DNA of 64,000 bases, taken from Harriotta raleighana (taxonomy: Eukaryota). The notes under the pieces are model-generated. The model was not told the DNA's origin and searched no databases. It saw only the letters and a program-made list of their open reading frames with translations. The translations under genes and the position numbers were made by a program. Position 1 is the stretch's first letter; each line of letters begins with the position of its first letter. Location of the stretch: NCBI GenBank assembly GCA_050575255.1, contig JBNZDD010013639.1:124001-188000 (forward strand). Direction: 5' to 3'. Below, piece by piece: positions 1 to 12,433 of the stretch.

Positions 1-172
1 CTCACATGTCTCTGTTTTTCAGTCAGCATCTGGTCAATTGAAATCCGTTATGATATAATCCACCAACCTTATGACTGGCTTCCCACTTCTGTCAAATACT
101 TATGGCTTGTGTGTAGAGATTATTGCCTGTCGAACTTACTGAACTAGTGGTTCTGTGTATTTTTTTTTCCAG

Positions 173-278
173 AAAGCGGCAGCCCTGAGTCTAGAATCAA
201 AATGATCCACTCGCTGGTTTACAAACTTCCAGAGAAGAACCGAGAAATGTTGGATATACTTATTAAACATTTAGCCAA
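173..278 (+). CDS. ARHGAP10: ARHGAP10 coding exon (RhoGAP domain; equivalent to human exon 17)
   Basis: ttttccAG|...GCCAA|GTaaga; 106 nt; translates (K)[34 protein letters not shown](N), matching GRAF2 [34 protein letters not shown]. Confidence 0.93.
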
Positions 279-619
279 GTAAGACATCCCTGTGGAGCTC
301 AGTTTGCTGAGTTACTATTGGAATCTGACTTTCGCATTTCAACGCTTTTTAAAAAAAAAACATTCTAACTGGAATGACTGCAGAGCTTGAAATTTATGAG
401 TTCCTACTCTTCAAACAAGTGAAAAAGGGACTGTCTTGGCATCTCTTTGTTATGAATATCTTTTTATCTTAATGAAAACTGGCTCCAATTTATTTTAGCA
501 CTTTACTTAATTATGACAAATATCTACTTGTTATAAGAAGACTTGATATTCCTGTTTACAATATCGTCCAGAGATTAGCAGTCTTAATCGTGACACAGAA
601 GTTCTTGGTTTACTGTTTG

Positions 620-765
620 ATAATAATAAAAATCCTTGTATTTGATGTAGCACAGTATCACGTCTTGGAGACGTCTCAAAGCGCTTCACAGAATATTTTG
701 CAAAGTCAATTGACTATGTTTTGTGGGTGAAACACAGCAGCCAATTGGGCACAGCAGTCTTCTCT
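620..765 (-). mobile_element. Deu-type SINE, 3' fragment
   Basis: Reverse complement of the family tail and core (ataataaaaatccttgtatttgat...gcagccaattgggcacagcag). Confidence 0.75.
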
Positions 766-1276
766 GTTGTTCAGTAATTGACACTGGATGGAACCTGCCT
801 GGCGCTGATGTAACTCATGGGCAATAGATTGGGCATCGTGAGCATCACCATGGACAATCCTGTCTGGGTGCTTGTTAAAAAAAATACAATGAATATGCAC
901 TAAGTGTTTAGTGAACTAGTATAACTAGTGAACTTGTTCTTTCCCCTTGTGTTAAATGACCTTTAGAATTTGGCCCCGTTCTACAATATTGGGATATTGG
1001 GACATTGCTGAATACATGCTTCACTCACAAAACACACAGTCACCACATTTCACAGTATAATCCTATGAAGCACTTTCTGACATCCTCCTGACATGAAAGA
1101 AGCTATGCCAAATGCAAGGGTTATTGTTTTCTTATTTTAGCATTAATCTTTTCTTTATAAAAAAAATCGGAGTCAGCTATTTGTGACTGCATATTTCAGT
1201 TCTGATCCTGATTTATGTGTTAAATGGCCAATGTGAAATCTTCTGTTTGGAATGACGTTGCTGTTCCTCTATCCAG

Positions 1277-1436
1277 TGTGTCCAATAATGAAAAGAAAAA
1301 CCTGATGACTGTGGCAAACCTTGGGATAGTGTTTGGCCCTACTCTAATGAGACCGCCAGAGGAAACAGTTGCTGCCATCATGGACCTCAAGTTTCAGAAC
1401 ATTGTTGTGGAAATTCTGATCGAAAATCACCAAAAG
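1277..1436 (+). CDS. ARHGAP10: ARHGAP10 coding exon (end of RhoGAP domain)
   Basis: atccAG|...AAG|GTgact; 160 nt; [53 protein letters not shown] contains the RhoGAP NLM..NL..VFGPTL motif; in frame with previous exon. Confidence 0.96.
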
Positions 1437-3361
1437 GTGACTTCTTGTTTTGTCAGCTAGCAAAATGTACTTTGTGATCTTACAGAGAATGCTACAGCAC
1501 AGAAACAGACCATTGGACTCAACTAGTCCATGCCAGTATTTGTACACTCCTGAACTAAACCACATAGACAACTCTTGTGAGTCTGATTTGGGGAGAACTA
1601 GTGAGCCAACCACTCCCCTCCCCTGAGTACCAGTGCAGCCCATGGCCTAGAGAAGAAATCGTTCTGTCCCAATGCTATATACTATAGGTGAAGCATTATT
1701 TTTAATTGGGGGGATCTTTATTTAACAAACATATATCCCTCTAGTTATATTTACTCGTTAACGTTTGAATGCCAATTTTGGCACAACATAATACTACTTA
1801 TCATACAATGCGCTCTGTATAACACAAAACTCAACTATCATATTTATATCATGTGTATACACGCACCAATTAAGTAAATGACCAATTGGGGGTTGTTTTA
1901 GCAACAGTCCTTTGACTGCCTTTGATCACAACTTTTGTTGTACAAATGTAGATTGTATTGTGCACTCCATTCCAAATGAAAATTTCTATGCAAATGTGGA
2001 TGGAGCTAACTTTCAGACCTTAATCATCAGATTATAACTGGTCAGAAATAGTTAGCTCCAACCTGGAAAATGCATTTACATGTTATGACCAGTAGATGTC
2101 TCCCTTAAGATAATCTTAATGCAAGTCCCTGTTTAACAACTGCTGGAGAAGGCTCAGTATTTTTGCAAGTAATGAACAGTTTAGCAATACCCAAGGCTTA
2201 ACGTAATGGTAGTTCTGCAAACCTTAATCGTTGAGATGCTTTCTGATAAAGGCACTAGAATTAAGGATTCCTATAACTTAAATACAGACTGTTTAGTAAT
2301 TTGGGCAAATCAGTGTTCCAGGAAAACTGATCTGTTATTCCAGGAAACCAGGAAATTAAATGTACATTAAATAAAACCTTCAGTACATCCTATTTACAAA
2401 GCACATTGAAACAGGAGGAGCCGGTGGGCAGCATTTTTGACAGCCATGTCCAGAAAGCAGTCTCAGTTCACATTATGTGAACCAGATTATCTGTTAAACA
2501 TACCCAGACTAGGCATACACTGTTCTGTCATTCAGTGAAAGATGCATAGAATGACTTGACAGCTTTATAATTTATTGCATTAAATGTTTTGAATCTGCAT
2601 TTTCATATCTTGCTTTCTCTCATGATTTAAGATTTTACTGTGAAAGCATTGTTTTTATTGGAAGAAGTCTGATGCAAGTTTTCTTTTATAATAGCTGACC
2701 ATTTGAATGTTTGTCAGATAACTTAATAACTGTGATTTGGTTGAAATCACCACTTTAAGTGACTATTGGCAATGTGACAGGCAAGGTGCTTTTTATCTGT
2801 TGGATGGAGTGAGTGCACCGAGCGTGTAGAGCCATGCAGAATACTCCTTCAAAAACCTTATTAAACGGGGAGGTTCAATAAATGATTAACTTCAGCCCAA
2901 AAGGGAACCTGTGGCTGACTTCCAAATTAAAATATTTATCCTGTTACGTGGTCATTTTTGTTTCAACAACTTGGTTGGAATGCAGAAACACAAATGGAAA
3001 GAATAAACTTTGATGCAGGACATTGGGGCTTAACACTGGGAGTGCTCCAAAGGAGGCAAATAGATTAAAGTTTTTGGTGTGACTCCTCATCAGATGAAAT
3101 GGTGCCTCTCCCATTTCACTTCAAATGCTGAATGACCTGCCAAAGTCCTTTCTTTACAATTAATTTGCATTTTGGTTTAATTGTTAGCATAAGGCATCTT
3201 TAATACAATCCTTGATGTTATTTTAAACCTTTTCCAAAGGCTCCCATCTTTAAAACTTCCAATTCAGCAGTGAATCAATATGGTGATTCTTGATTCGTAA
3301 TACATTCAATGGCTGTTTTACACAAATAACTATTGATGCTTGAATGTCAAAGTTGCTAAGA

Positions 3362-4060
3362 AACAAAAGGAGAACATGGGTATAGGATAGTCACAAGAAG
3401 AGTGAAAGGAGAGATAAAGTGAAACATTTTCACTTGAGAGTTTGTTACGATGTGGAATGCCCTGCCAAGTAAGTTGGGGTAGAGGCAGAAAACATTGTGG
3501 GTTTCAAGAGGGAAGTAGTCGGGTATATATAAACAACTTGTATTTATACAGTGCCCCTCCTGCATTACAGTATCCTAGAGTGCTTAATATAGTGCCATTA
3601 GCTGAATCCTGTAGCTCAATAGTTAGAGCCCTCGCCTTACAAGCGTGAGATCTGTGTTTGAATCCAGGCCAGGCAAAACCATGGGCAAGTTTCCTTACTC
3701 CACATGCCTAATAATTATACCTCAATTTAAAAAAAAAAAATTGGTTATTTCAAACCATGACTGTTTGTGGGAAACTGCTGTGCGCAATTGTCTGCTGCAT
3801 TTTGCACACAAATATACAGTGAATTTACTTTACAGTATATTCTATGAAGCACTTTGACACGTCTAGAAGATGTGAAAACTGCTATATCAAATGCAAGGAT
3901 TATTACTATTATTATTCACATGATATAGCATCCCTGGATTTTAAAGATAAGAGTCTTAAAGGGGTATGGGGATACGGCAGAGCAGTGGGATTGAATGGAC
4001 ATCTTGCTCTGAGAGCTGGTCCAGGCTGAATGGCCTCCTGTGTTCTAACTTCCATAATTA
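3362..4060 (+). mobile_element. Decayed CR1 LINE 3' end split by an L2-type tail (~3530-3590) and a SINE (3604-3915)
   Basis: tgtggaatgccctgcc...gtagaggcag and aaggggtatggggat...ggctgaatggcctcctg match the CR1 end at 62190-62632. Confidence 0.7.
3604..3915 (+). mobile_element. tRNA-Val-headed Deu-type SINE, full length
   Basis: A box (gtagctcaatagttag), anticodon arm ctcgc-cttacaa-gcgtg, B box (gtttgaatcc), core ctgtttgtggg...ctgtgcgcaattg, tail gctatatcaaatgcaaggattatta. Confidence 0.88.
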
Positions 4061-4420
4061 TTTCATTGCCTGGACTGACCAGTTTGAAGATTAATTTCAA
4101 TAGTTGCTTCTGTCAAAGCCATGAAACTACCTTAGCTGTGAAACTTGGTATTGGATCCTACTGAGGCGAGGCAGTCCCATCTGTTGCAAAGAGACACAGA
4201 GGGAATAGCAGGAAAATTGGTCTGGTTCCTCAGCTTCGCATTCTGACCTTGTAGATGGGATGTATTTCCACTGCTTCAGAACCATGTGTACAGTTTCAAA
4301 AACCTGACCCAGACAAAAATGTGAAAAATATGATTTTATTGGCATCCGGAACAAACGTTTAGCATGGCTCAATATTGATTCTTTAATGAGGCTTATTTAT
4401 TCTCTCGGTTTTCATTCCAG

Positions 4421-4565
4421 ATATTCAGCACTGATCCAGATGGCAGTGTCTGCCAGCCAGAGGCCTCATTGACTATTTCGACTAAGCCATCTAAGCAAGC
4501 ATCACAAGCCAACCTTGGTGCAAAACCCATTGCCGTATTCAACATTTGCATGGACCTTGATAAAG
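4421..4565 (+). CDS. ARHGAP10: ARHGAP10 coding exon (post-GAP linker)
   Basis: ttcattccAG|ATATTC...AAAG|GTaagt; 145 nt; IFSTDPDGSVCQPEASLTISTKPSKQASQANLGAKPIAVFNICMDLDK, similar to human IFRTPPD...RPVAVYNLCLELED; phase compatible. Confidence 0.88.
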
Positions 4566-6328
4566 GTAAGTGTCTACTTTGCTTTTTGCACTAAATAAAA
4601 TAAAATGTGCCCGAAATGTTTTACAGATTTCATTATGGTACCTTATCGTGATCTATCCTTATAATTGGGGAAGGGCATGAGGGGAGGGCAATACAACTAG
4701 ATATCTATTTTGTACGCTCTCCCTTTGCTTAAGACCATCCGAACAAGAGTAGGCCATTCAGTTTGTGTAGTCCGTACCACCAGTATCTTAAATTGTGACA
4801 GATGCATTTTCTTTACCTGCAGAATACATGGCCACTACACTTTTCGGTAAATTCCATGAAGCACTTTGAGACATCCTCTTGCCGTAAAAGGCACCCTCTC
4901 AAGTGCAAGGATCAGTATTATTCATTTATTTATTTCCTTCATACTTCTTAATATTCCTTGCTGCCTAAGTATCCTCCTCTTTTAAGTATCCAAACTCACT
5001 TTGGTTGTTTGAAAAGGGACGTTTAAATATTCTTCCCCTACAGCCTTCTGGGGCAGTGCATTTCACATTCTCGGCAGGTGAGGAAGATATTCTGATCTCC
5101 TCATGTCTTGCACCCTTCCTGCCCAAGTTTTGGCTGGAAATCAGCTCTTCACTAGTTGCCAATAACATGATACAGTATAACAAGCCGGCTGTTGGGAATT
5201 GCAGAAGAACCAGTTAGACTAACCATTACCTTGATTTCCTTTGTGCCTGGTCTGAGTGAACCCGCTGGTCCTAATGCCTAATTTGTGGTTTAGCTGCTGT
5301 GCCTTGATAGCTATGAGGAACTGAGTTAAGATGTTGACCTTAGGTCACAATGGTCCCTTCAAACCAGTGAAAATTAAAAATATATATATTTTGCATCAGC
5401 CTGGGCTTGCTTTTAAAAGCATTTAAAAGATGATAGCATAAATACTTAAGGAAAAATAATTATAGGTTGAAGAGAAAAGGTGAGCAGGGAAGAAGAATAG
5501 GATGGCAAAAGCAGATTTTAAATGAGGGAAAGCTGGAACTTTTTTCTGTCCTGCAAATTTTTAAAAATGGATTTGAACCCATGACTTGATGAGACAACAA
5601 GTTCCTCCGCTGTTCACCACTGCTTGTCATGTAAGCCTTTAACAAAAACCTTCATATTGCCTTGGAGCAACTCTTCATCTTAGTGCAGTTCTCCAAAATT
5701 AACCTATTTAAATACCCTGCAGTTCTGATTTTAAAAATCTTTCTGTTTTTCTTAATGCCAAGTTTTCTAACATTGAACAAACTCTACTGTATTGAAACGT
5801 GCCACGCTCTGCGCTTTGAGGCTTTTGGCTGCGATTCATCTACAGCTTGTGGTTTTGCAGCAGCTGGAACAGATGTCGAAACAAACTCAAGCTAACCATT
5901 TTCCTCCTGTGGTTACCTATATAGCAGGTCACTATAACTTGACATTGAGTCAAAATGACTTGACATGCCTTTGTGGGAGGATGGAAAAAAAAAAGCAGTG
6001 ATTTAGGATCGTCTTATGCAAACTTAAGTGCAGTGAATTGCAAGCCTGTTGCATTTTCATCTGAAACTAGCTGTGAAGGGTTTATACTGCAATCTTCCTT
6101 TGAAAATCACTAACCCTTGTTAATGGGGTGGGAGGTGGTGTGTTACTAAAGTTATGGTAGCAGTCAGCACCATATTGGGTATTGCCGAGCAACCAATTCA
6201 TACAGTGTCATTATAATGGTAATTTTGTACTTGTGATTCATTGAGTTGAAAGAAGCCGGTGCTGGGGAATGGCACATTTCCTTTCACCATTCCTCCCGGC
6301 CACTCGAGCCCCCATAAAAATACATATA

Positions 6329-6531
6329 CAGTAAAAGCCCGTTTATCTGTGCCTCGATGAACTGGAACTTCCGTATAACCGCCACCTCTAAAAAAAAAAA
6401 GGTCCCCATTTGAATAACCGGTGGTACATTTAATGAATCGATCGTCGCACGAGATAAAATATGATTAGTTCTGAATGCTTCGGTAGTGGCATTTCCGTTT
6501 TTTTCTTCTTAAAGTGGTGCTGTCAGTTTTT
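6329..6531 (+). mobile_element. Left arm of TA-flanked MITE (long variant), running into a gap
   Basis: TA|CAGTAAAAGCCCGTTTATC; colinear with 48821-49040. Confidence 0.8.
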
Positions 6532-6744
6532 NNNNNNNNNNNNNNNNNNNNNNNNNNNNNNNNNNNNNNNNNNNNNNNNNNNNNNNNNNNNNNNNNNNNN
6601 NNNNNNNNNNNNNNNNNNNNNNNNNNNNNNNNNNNNNNNNNNNNNNNNNNNNNNNNNNNNNNNNNNNNNNNNNNNNNNNNNNNNNNNNNNNNNNNNNNNN
6701 NNNNNNNNNNNNNNNNNNNNNNNNNNNNNNNNNNNNNNNNNNNN
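6532..6744. other. Assembly gap
   Basis: Run of N. Confidence 0.99.
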
Positions 6745-7033
6745 TGCATAAATTAGCTGCCAAATTCCACACGCAAAATACACAATTGCACAATTGCTAC
6801 ACTTTGCAATAAGTAAATCCTGTGGAGTGCTTTGGGCTGTCCTGCCTGCCACTGCAAGGTGCTATATACAGTATCAAATGCAAAGATTGTTATTTTATTA
6901 TTATTCATATTATTACTTCTCAATGGAATTATGCGCTACCTTGCTGCTCAATACTTGCACATTCTACTCTCCTTAACCACTGGAGCTAAATTAACCTTTC
7001 GTGGTGGTGTTGCACCTGCTCAGCTTGGGTCAT

Positions 7034-7174
7034 CAATCAAAAATTCAATCAAAATTTTATTTATATAGCGCCTTTCACGTCGGGAGGACGTCCCAAAGCG
7101 CTGTACAGCCAAGTAGGGGGGGAGGGCTCAGGGAAAGGAGTAGGAAAAATTGACTGTATATTTGTGGGCGAAAC
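7034..7174 (-). mobile_element. 5'-truncated SINE with alternative L2 tail and GTCAT target-site duplication
   Basis: GTCAT at 7029-7033 and 7175-7179; absent from the paralogous segment near 11495-11505. Confidence 0.8.
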
Positions 7175-7836
7175 GTCATGTGTAAAGGAATGATTGTACT
7201 TGTGCAAAGCTGCTGCCACTGGCCTTTTACTTCTGTAAAAATATCCATTGTATTCTGGATCCATTATTTCCTATTACACTTGCACTTACAGCAATAGTGC
7301 AGTAGAGATCTGATCCACAGAGCCATTTGCCATCTTATTACTAAAAGCTCGAAAAGTGACCAAAGCAAAATATATTCTCCTTCCAGTTACTTTCAAGCCT
7401 TAGTGTCTTTATAATCGATGCCGGTAACTGAAGGCAGTAGTTTAATCTTGAAGCGTTGATCACATTATAAACAGCTGGAGCTATTGGTCTTGCAGTTCAT
7501 CGTGTGGTTTGGAAACTTTTGGTTATGTCACTTCCCCTCCCCCATGTTCGGGCCCCAAACCCTGACTGTTCAGCGCCTTGGGACGTCCTCCCGATCTGAA
7601 GGGTGCTCTATAAATGTAATTTTGTTGTTGTCCATTCGTGCCTCCCGGGTATTCCCTATTCTCTGTTTAGTTAGTGATGTAGTATGAATTGGATATACTG
7701 TACTGTATTACAGCACACAGCCAGCCTCACATTACAGATTTCCGCATGTATTGGCTGCCTGACTTCAGGTCTTATTAGCAGAGGTATGCCTGGAAACTAT
7801 TCTCAGGCCACTTTAAATCTTTTCATTGCAGAGTTA

Positions 7837-8229
7837 CAGTAAAACCTTGTTTATCCGTAACCCAATCAACCGGATTACTCGACCCCCTCCCGCGGTAATT
7901 CCCCATTCCAGCAATCGCGAGTTGGCTCACTTTGTGCACGTGTATGCATGTGCACTTATTAAACTTACGAACTTTTGCCGATTGGTAAAAAATGCTTTTT
8001 TACCGATTTTTTTACTGAGTGTGTTGGAATGCTTTATTGGTAATTATCCATACAATATTCTGTAACTATTTAGTCTATTATTAATATGGTATGTTTTTGT
8101 AAAATAAGTTAATTTTTTATGTTGGGTTTTTGGAAAATTGCCGCCTGTTTATCCGGCACAGTCAATTAGTCCACCCCCCCCCCCCTCCCCCCACTTCCCC
8201 GAGGGTGCCGGATAAACAGGGTTTTACTG
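7837..8229 (+). mobile_element. Non-autonomous DNA transposon (MITE, pogo/Tigger-like)
   Basis: TA|CAGTAAAACCTTGTTTATCCG...CGGATAAACAGGGTTTTACTG|TA; ~21-nt terminal inverted repeats (TIRs), TA duplication, no ORF. Confidence 0.9.
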
Positions 8230-8267
8230 TACATGGTAAGTTGAACCCCAGGAAGAGGGGGGGGGGG

Positions 8268-8339
8268 TAAGTTGATTAATTTAGATGAAAAATAAGAGGA
8301 GTGGAGGGGGTTTGGAGCCATTGCGATGCCAGACTGACT

Positions 8340-8376
<37 letters not shown>

Positions 8377-8683
8377 TGTGTGTGTGTGAAAGAGAGAGAG
8401 GGGGAAGGAGGGAGAGAAAGACAGTACTGCTTTAAGCCACTATCGTCCGCTGTTGTGGAAGTTTGCTTTGTGATTGTGTGCTGTGTTTATAGACTGTAAT
8501 CAATATTTATTGCTTTATTGGTATGTATTCATACAATATTCTGTTATTATTTAGTCTATTATTAATATGGTATGTTTGAAAAAAGGTTAATTTTTTATGT
8601 TGGGTTTTCTTACGAATATCCGGCATGCTGTTTAACTGGCATTGGCCAGGTCCCGAGGATGCCGGATAAATGGGTTTTTACTG
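8268..8683 (+). mobile_element. Right arm of long MITE variant containing a (TG)n(AG)n microsatellite
   Basis: Colinear with 49425-49673; ends GCCGGATAAATGGGTTTTTACTG|TA; TG/AG repeat ~8343-8400. Confidence 0.8.
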
Positions 8684-8872
8684 TAAATGGACAACCCATT
8701 GTTCCTGATCAAATGTAGCCCACATTTGTTATACACAACTTACCTGGTTTAGGTGGACAATGAGGATGTAAACATTTAGCTTTGCACCATAAGGAGTTGG
8801 ATGGGGAAATACTTTATGCACAATCGACTGTTGAAGCCAAGTCCATGACAACATTGGAAAGTAAAGTGGGTA

Positions 8873-9200
8873 ACAACAAAATTACATTTGTATAACGCCT
8901 TTCATGTTGGGAAGATGTCCCAAGACACTGAATAGTCAGTGTTTCAGACCTAAGATGGGGTCGGGATTGAGGAGAGTGGTGAGAAAGGAGGGCAAGTGGG
9001 GTGACCGATGGTACAGTTGAAGAGGAGGGTCTTGAAGGAGAATGTGGAGGGTGAGGTGGAGGGATTGTGGGATGGACTTCCAAAGATTGGGGGCAGAGTG
9101 GCTGAAGGCTCGCTCGCCGATGGAGGGTTGGGTGGGTCAGGGAAAGCGGAGCAAGCCACCGCCCTTTGAGCAGAGGGAACGGACAGATTGGTACTCGACA
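8873..9200 (-). mobile_element. L2 LINE 3' fragment
   Basis: (TTG)n tail on - strand and ggtcttgaagg...gggatgga.ttcca motif shared with other L2 copies. Confidence 0.75.
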
Positions 9201-9289
9201 CAGTGAATGCAGACTTTGAAAAAACTGAAGAAAAAATAAATTATGATATAATTAGCTTTGCCTAACATCTAACTGTCTCAAAGCCCTTC

Positions 9290-9620
9290 GCAGATTTAAT
9301 TCTAAAGTGTATGACGGCATATCTGCAAACAGATGAGGCAGTCAATTTATGCAAATTAATATGACACAAAAGAACTGTAAGGTAAATGACCACATTTTTA
9401 TTTGGCCGATTTTTGACCAAGACACTGGGAGAAACTCCCTTCTCTTTTCGAATTGTACCATTGGATCTTTAATGTCATTCTGCACATGCGGACAAGGCCT
9501 CAGTTTAATGTCTCATCTAATTGACAGCACGTCCAACAATTCAGTGCTTCCTGAGCTGTGAATTAGAACAATCAAGCCTGTGGCCTGAAGAATTGTGTAA
9601 CTTAGTTCTGAGTCCTTAAT
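9290..9620 (-). mobile_element. Old SacSINE1-like DeuSINE fragment
   Basis: ggagaaactccct...ggatctttaatgtc...ggcctcagtttaatgtctcatct...gacagcac matches the DeuSINE core in reverse. Confidence 0.65.
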
Positions 9621-10445
9621 GCACAATGTTAACGGAGCCTGACATTTAATTTTTAGGAGGCTGCTTTAGTTTGTCCATATTTTTGGGGGGCTAGGTATCT
9701 ATGCCAAAATAATTTTCAAGCTATATACTCTCTCCCGCTTAATGAATATCTGGCATCAATAATGAGACATGTGATTAATGAATGTTAAAATGCTAAAGGC
9801 TCAGCAAAAGTACAGTACCTGCGAATTCAGAGCCTAGAGTTTCTTTAATATTCTATTGTGGGGGCAATTGATAAAATGAGCATTAATCATTTGTTCAAAT
9901 TGATGCAAAGAGAATGGAGGATTTGAGTTTTAACTCCTTGGTCATGGCTGAGAGTGAATTCTCTTATTGAAAAGTAAAGCCATATAGGGCAATACATTGA
10001 CATACGAGTCTGGGAATAGAAATAACAACAACAACTTGCATTCATAAAATGTCCTCACACCGTATGGCAACTTGGACTGCCTGAGGAACAGGTAAGGATG
10101 TCGAAAGCTTGGTTTAAATCATGTTGGATTAGATATGGTCAAAACTCCCCCTTCTCTTCCCCAATCCTTGTAAATCTGAGAGGTATAAATATAAATGTTG
10201 GCAGATTATTAACTGCTGAGACTGATCCTGGTCTCATTGGGCATCCATTTCCACACATGTATTTTGCAACAGGGTCTATCTGATGGTGATCAGGAGCAGA
10301 AACCTAATTTCATTACCTATGACATGAAGGTCAACCTTAAGGATATCTCAGCAAAAATCTTAGAACAGTTAAGGAGCCTAGATTTTCGATCTAGGCCACT
10401 GCACCAAGAACATCCAATCAATGTCAAAGTGTTGTTCCACCACTT

Positions 10446-10749
10446 GGTGCTCCTGTAGCTCAGTGGTTAGAGCACTTGCCTTACAAGTGTGAGACCTGTG
10501 TTTGAATCCGGGCAAATCAGGGCGAAACCTTGGGCAAGTTTGCTTACTCCACATGCCTCGTAATAATCCGTTCAAAAGAAACTACAATAATAAAAATTGG
10601 TCATTTCAATCCACAACTGTTTGTCACTGGGACACTGCTGTGTGCAATTGGCTGCTGGATTTCACCCACAAATATACAGTCAATTCATTTTACAGTATAT
10701 TCTGTAAAGTGCTTTGAGACGTTGATAAGATGTGAAAAGTGCTATATCA
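10446..10749 (+). mobile_element. tRNA-Val-headed Deu-type SINE, full length
   Basis: Colinear with 3604-3915 and 33093-33415. Confidence 0.9.
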
Positions 10750-11558
10750 CAAGGGGGGAAGGGAATTCTTTGCGACCCTATTTCAGTAGAAAGAGGTTTA
10801 TTAAAACTTGTGTCTTTTTTATGAGAGTGTATGATGAGTGCTTCTCACCTGGAATATTTACTAAGAGCACCTATTAGTCCATATCAACTCTGCTTCATGC
10901 CTGCTCAGTTCTAATTCTGTTCATCACATGGGAATATGCTATACACCTCTCCAAGCCGTAAAAATTTTGTTACACCCCTTATTTTCTTTCTCGTGCAGCT
11001 AAAAGTATGAACCCTGTGATCTTGTTTCTAGTCACCTTTACTGACTAGACCAACCTGTTTTTATTTAAAAATACAAATAACAGAACCAGTTCCAGAGCAA
11101 GTTACTGACACCAAGGTAACTCTTGACAGTTTGACCTCTAAAAGCAGTTTTTCCCATATCCTGGTCAACGATTCCCCAGATAAAATTGCTCATCCACTTC
11201 ACGGGGGGTTTGCGCGATGTCGCGGTGCACAAATTAGCTGCCAAATTGCACACACAAAATACACAATGCTACACTTTGCAGTAAATCCTATCGAGTGCTT
11301 TGAATTGTCCTGCTTGTCACTGCAAGGTGTTATGTACAGTATCAAATGCAAAGGTTGTTATTTCATTTATTATTCATATTATTACTTCTCAATGGAATTA
11401 TTTGCTACTTTGCTGCTCAATACTTGCAGAATCTACTCTCCTTAACCACTGGAGCTAAATTAACCTTTCATGGGGATGTTGCACCTGTTCAGCGTGGGTT
11501 ATGTTTAAAGGAATGATTGTACTTGTGCAAAGTAGCTTCCGCTGGCCATTGGCTTTTG

Positions 11559-11630
11559 CAGTAAAACCCTGTTTATCCGGCATGCACAGGGGGGGTCGAC
11601 TAATTGACTGTGCCGGATAAACGGGGGACA
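11559..11630 (-). mobile_element. MITE terminal fragment
   Basis: CAGTAAAACCCTGTTTATCCGGCA...gactgtgccggataaacggggg, matching the starts of 16844 and 55558. Confidence 0.75.
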
Positions 11631-11871
11631 AGTATTTGAACTGACTGGTGACACTAAGGCAAGGTTTCCATACCATGTTTAACCAGTGCTTTCTTTCCGT
11701 ATAAACAGTGCTGTATTTGGAAAGATAGAGGCACACTGGCAATGAACGGCAATACTAAACGGGTTTCAAAATATATCTGTTGTATTAGAATATAAATTCT
11801 TATAGAGACTGTTTCATATTGAGATGGGTGGTCCAATCTTTTGGCTGCTGAGGGCCTGATGCCGTTTGCTC

Positions 11872-12022
11872 GCTCTCTCTCAATCACTCTTCCCTCTCAA
11901 TCAACTATCTCCCTCCCTTTCTCTGATTCTTTCATTCCCGCACCCTCTTCCTTCTCTCTCTTTCTGTTTCTTCCCGTTCTATCTCAATCACTCTTTCTCT
12001 CTCTCTCTCCATCACTCTCCCT
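11872..12022. repeat. CT-rich low-complexity tract
   Basis: Degenerate (CT)n. Confidence 0.85.
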
Positions 12023-12264
12023 CATGACTGCACATGTGCGCTGTTTGTAGGGAACAAGGCAAGTGTTACGAATTACTCAATTGTTATTATGACTAGTGCA
12101 TTTATATTTAAGTGCAATTACTAGGAAATTGAATGACCATAGGTTTAACATTAAATCTGTGAAGTGTTTTGTGACGTCCAACTGAAAGACACTATAATCA
12201 AATATGTGTTATTCTTGTGCATTTTTATTTTCGCCGATTGAAAGTAGCTTTTCGTTTCCTCCAG

Positions 12265-12433
12265 GTGAGACCCGTAGCCGTGTTGCGGATGATACGCTAA
12301 CTGGAAGCATAGAATCCATCTCGTCTCACTCCTCTATAACCACAACATCGTCCAACTCTAACAGTCCCCCGGAGCAAGCCAGGAACCGCATCCAGTCCAA
12401 CAATAGTGATGCCGTTGATTGGGCAGCTTCTTC
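12265..12433 (+). CDS. ARHGAP10: ARHGAP10 coding exon (Ser-rich linker)
   Basis: tttcctccAG|...TTC|GTaagt; 169 nt, phase 1 in and phase 2 out; GETRSRVADDTLTGSIESISSHSSITTTSSNSNSPPEQARNRIQSNNSDAVDWAAS. Confidence 0.85.

Noticed and set aside
3604-3680. tRNA-Val genes suggested by A/B boxes and anticodon arms (also 10446, 19082, 33093, 53359)
   Set aside because: No proper acceptor stem, copies are diverged, and each runs into a SINE body and tail.
6461-6852. ORFs listed across 6461-6852
   Set aside because: Artefacts of translating the N gap.
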